NCBI GenBank assembly: GCA_963514005.1
Contig: OY740820.1
Coordinates: forward strand, 17,546,001-17,610,000
Direction: 5' to 3'
Origin: Raja brachyura
Lineage: Eukaryota
DNA: 64,000 nucleotides
The position numbers and the translations under genes were made by a program. Below the pieces are notes generated by a model. The model saw nothing but the letters and a program-made list of their open reading frames with translations, had not been told where the DNA came from and made no database searches. Position 1 is the stretch's first letter, and each line of letters starts with the position of its first letter. This document shows positions 62,785 to 64,000 of this stretch, in pieces.

Positions 62785-63330
62785 TGTGGTTTATTATTGT
62801 CACTGCAATACAGTGAAAATCTTCGTGTTGCGTGCTATCCAGGAAAATCTTGCCATAAGGCAGTACACATGTGTAAGAGGTGGTGCAAAAAAAAGTGGTC
62901 CAGCTACAGTGAAAGTGCAGATATAAAACAAGTGCAAGGGCTGCAACGAGGTAGTTCGGCAGATCTGGATGACATCTTTAGCTAATGAGAGATCCACCAA
63001 GGGTCTGATAACAGCGGAAGAGAAGAAGTTCTTGAAAGTGATGGTACTTTCAAGAACTCCTGCCTGCCAAGCGACGAGGGAATGGCTGGAGTGTGACTGG
63101 CCCTTAATTACTTTGGCTGCTTTCCAGAGGCAGCTTGAAGCATAGCTGGAGTTGATGGAAGAAAAGACTGGTATGTGTGATGGACTGGGCTGCGTCCACA
63201 GCTCTCTACAATTTATTGTAGTCTTAGGCTGAGCAGTTGCCAAACCAAGTTTTAATGCATCATAATAAGATGCTTTCTATTGTGCATCTGTAGCGATTAT
63301 AAGTCATTGGAGACACGCTAATTTTTTTAG
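62785..63330 (-). mobile_element. Rex1/Babar LINE 3' fragment
   Basis: SCLWKAAKVIKGQSHSSHSL...FKNFFSSAVIRPL plus ttttcactgta...gtgacaataataaac tail. Confidence 0.75.
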
Positions 63331-64000
63331 TCTTCCAAGGCTTACCCTTATACGTTTTATATACTTTGGAGTTAACTCCCACATGCTTTCATTTTGTTAT
63401 TGTTTACTACTTTATTTGTGAAAATATTGACCGGATTTCATTTTCAGAAGCTTGGGACTACTGCTCTTGAGTCTGCCCATGGAGCCATTCTCGTATTAAG
63501 TTAGACAGAGAAAACATGCTAGTATGAATACAATCATATTCGCACTGGACTTACAATGCATGTTTCAGCAAGGGATCAATCTCAACCATTAACCATTCAT
63601 TCATTCTTAGCCAGAAGCATTGAAGTCAAAATACATCTCCATCATAGATTTAATTAAGCATTAATAATAAGGAATTTAAATGAGATCATCCAATCTGCTT
63701 AGGTCACTTGAGCATTGCTTCTGCCCAGAATTATTCAGTCTGCACAATTGAGTAAATAAGTTCACCTGGAATTTTAAGAATACTACGTACTTTTAACAAA
63801 TCAATACACTACACAAATAGATAAAGCACTAAATGAAAAATCCAAAGCATGTTAACATTTCATAATAGACTCACTGATTACATTAGATTTTTTATTCAGC
63901 AGATACTCATTACATATTGTATTCATTCATTATCATAATCATTTTGTTCCTTCTGCTATAACCTTTCTCAAGAAACATTATTCATGTGTTGTCTGTTACA

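Overview
Eukaryotic, AT-rich, repeat-dense vertebrate DNA. The repeat families (HE1-type and Deu-type SINEs, CR1, Rex/Babar, RTE, Penelope-like) point to a cartilaginous fish, probably a skate or ray (inference). The only host gene I can support is PEAK1 on the minus strand. One giant exon (about 6066-9388) carries 117 nt of 5'UTR, the ATG (9271) and 1068 full codons, and ends at a phase-2 GTAAGT donor. The pseudokinase exons are not visible and should lie beyond the left edge. The rest is intron or upstream DNA filled with transposon remnants, and almost all other ORF-track calls are TE fragments or noise. Strongest signal: about 25 short Penelope-derived repeats, the best preserved of which carry a minimal hammerhead-ribozyme core (CTGAAGA-A-stem II-GAAAC-GTC/GTT). 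Several are head-to-head palindromes with their own target-site duplications (TSDs). Also seen: a 34-bp hairpin with an 8-bp TSD, four Harbinger-type MITEs sharing termini, a hAT MITE, a Helitron-like 3' end, and an AG|GTATGA motif plus dense uATGs at the start of the PEAK1 exon. Family names come from recognising motifs by eye, not from database searches, and TE boundaries are approximate.
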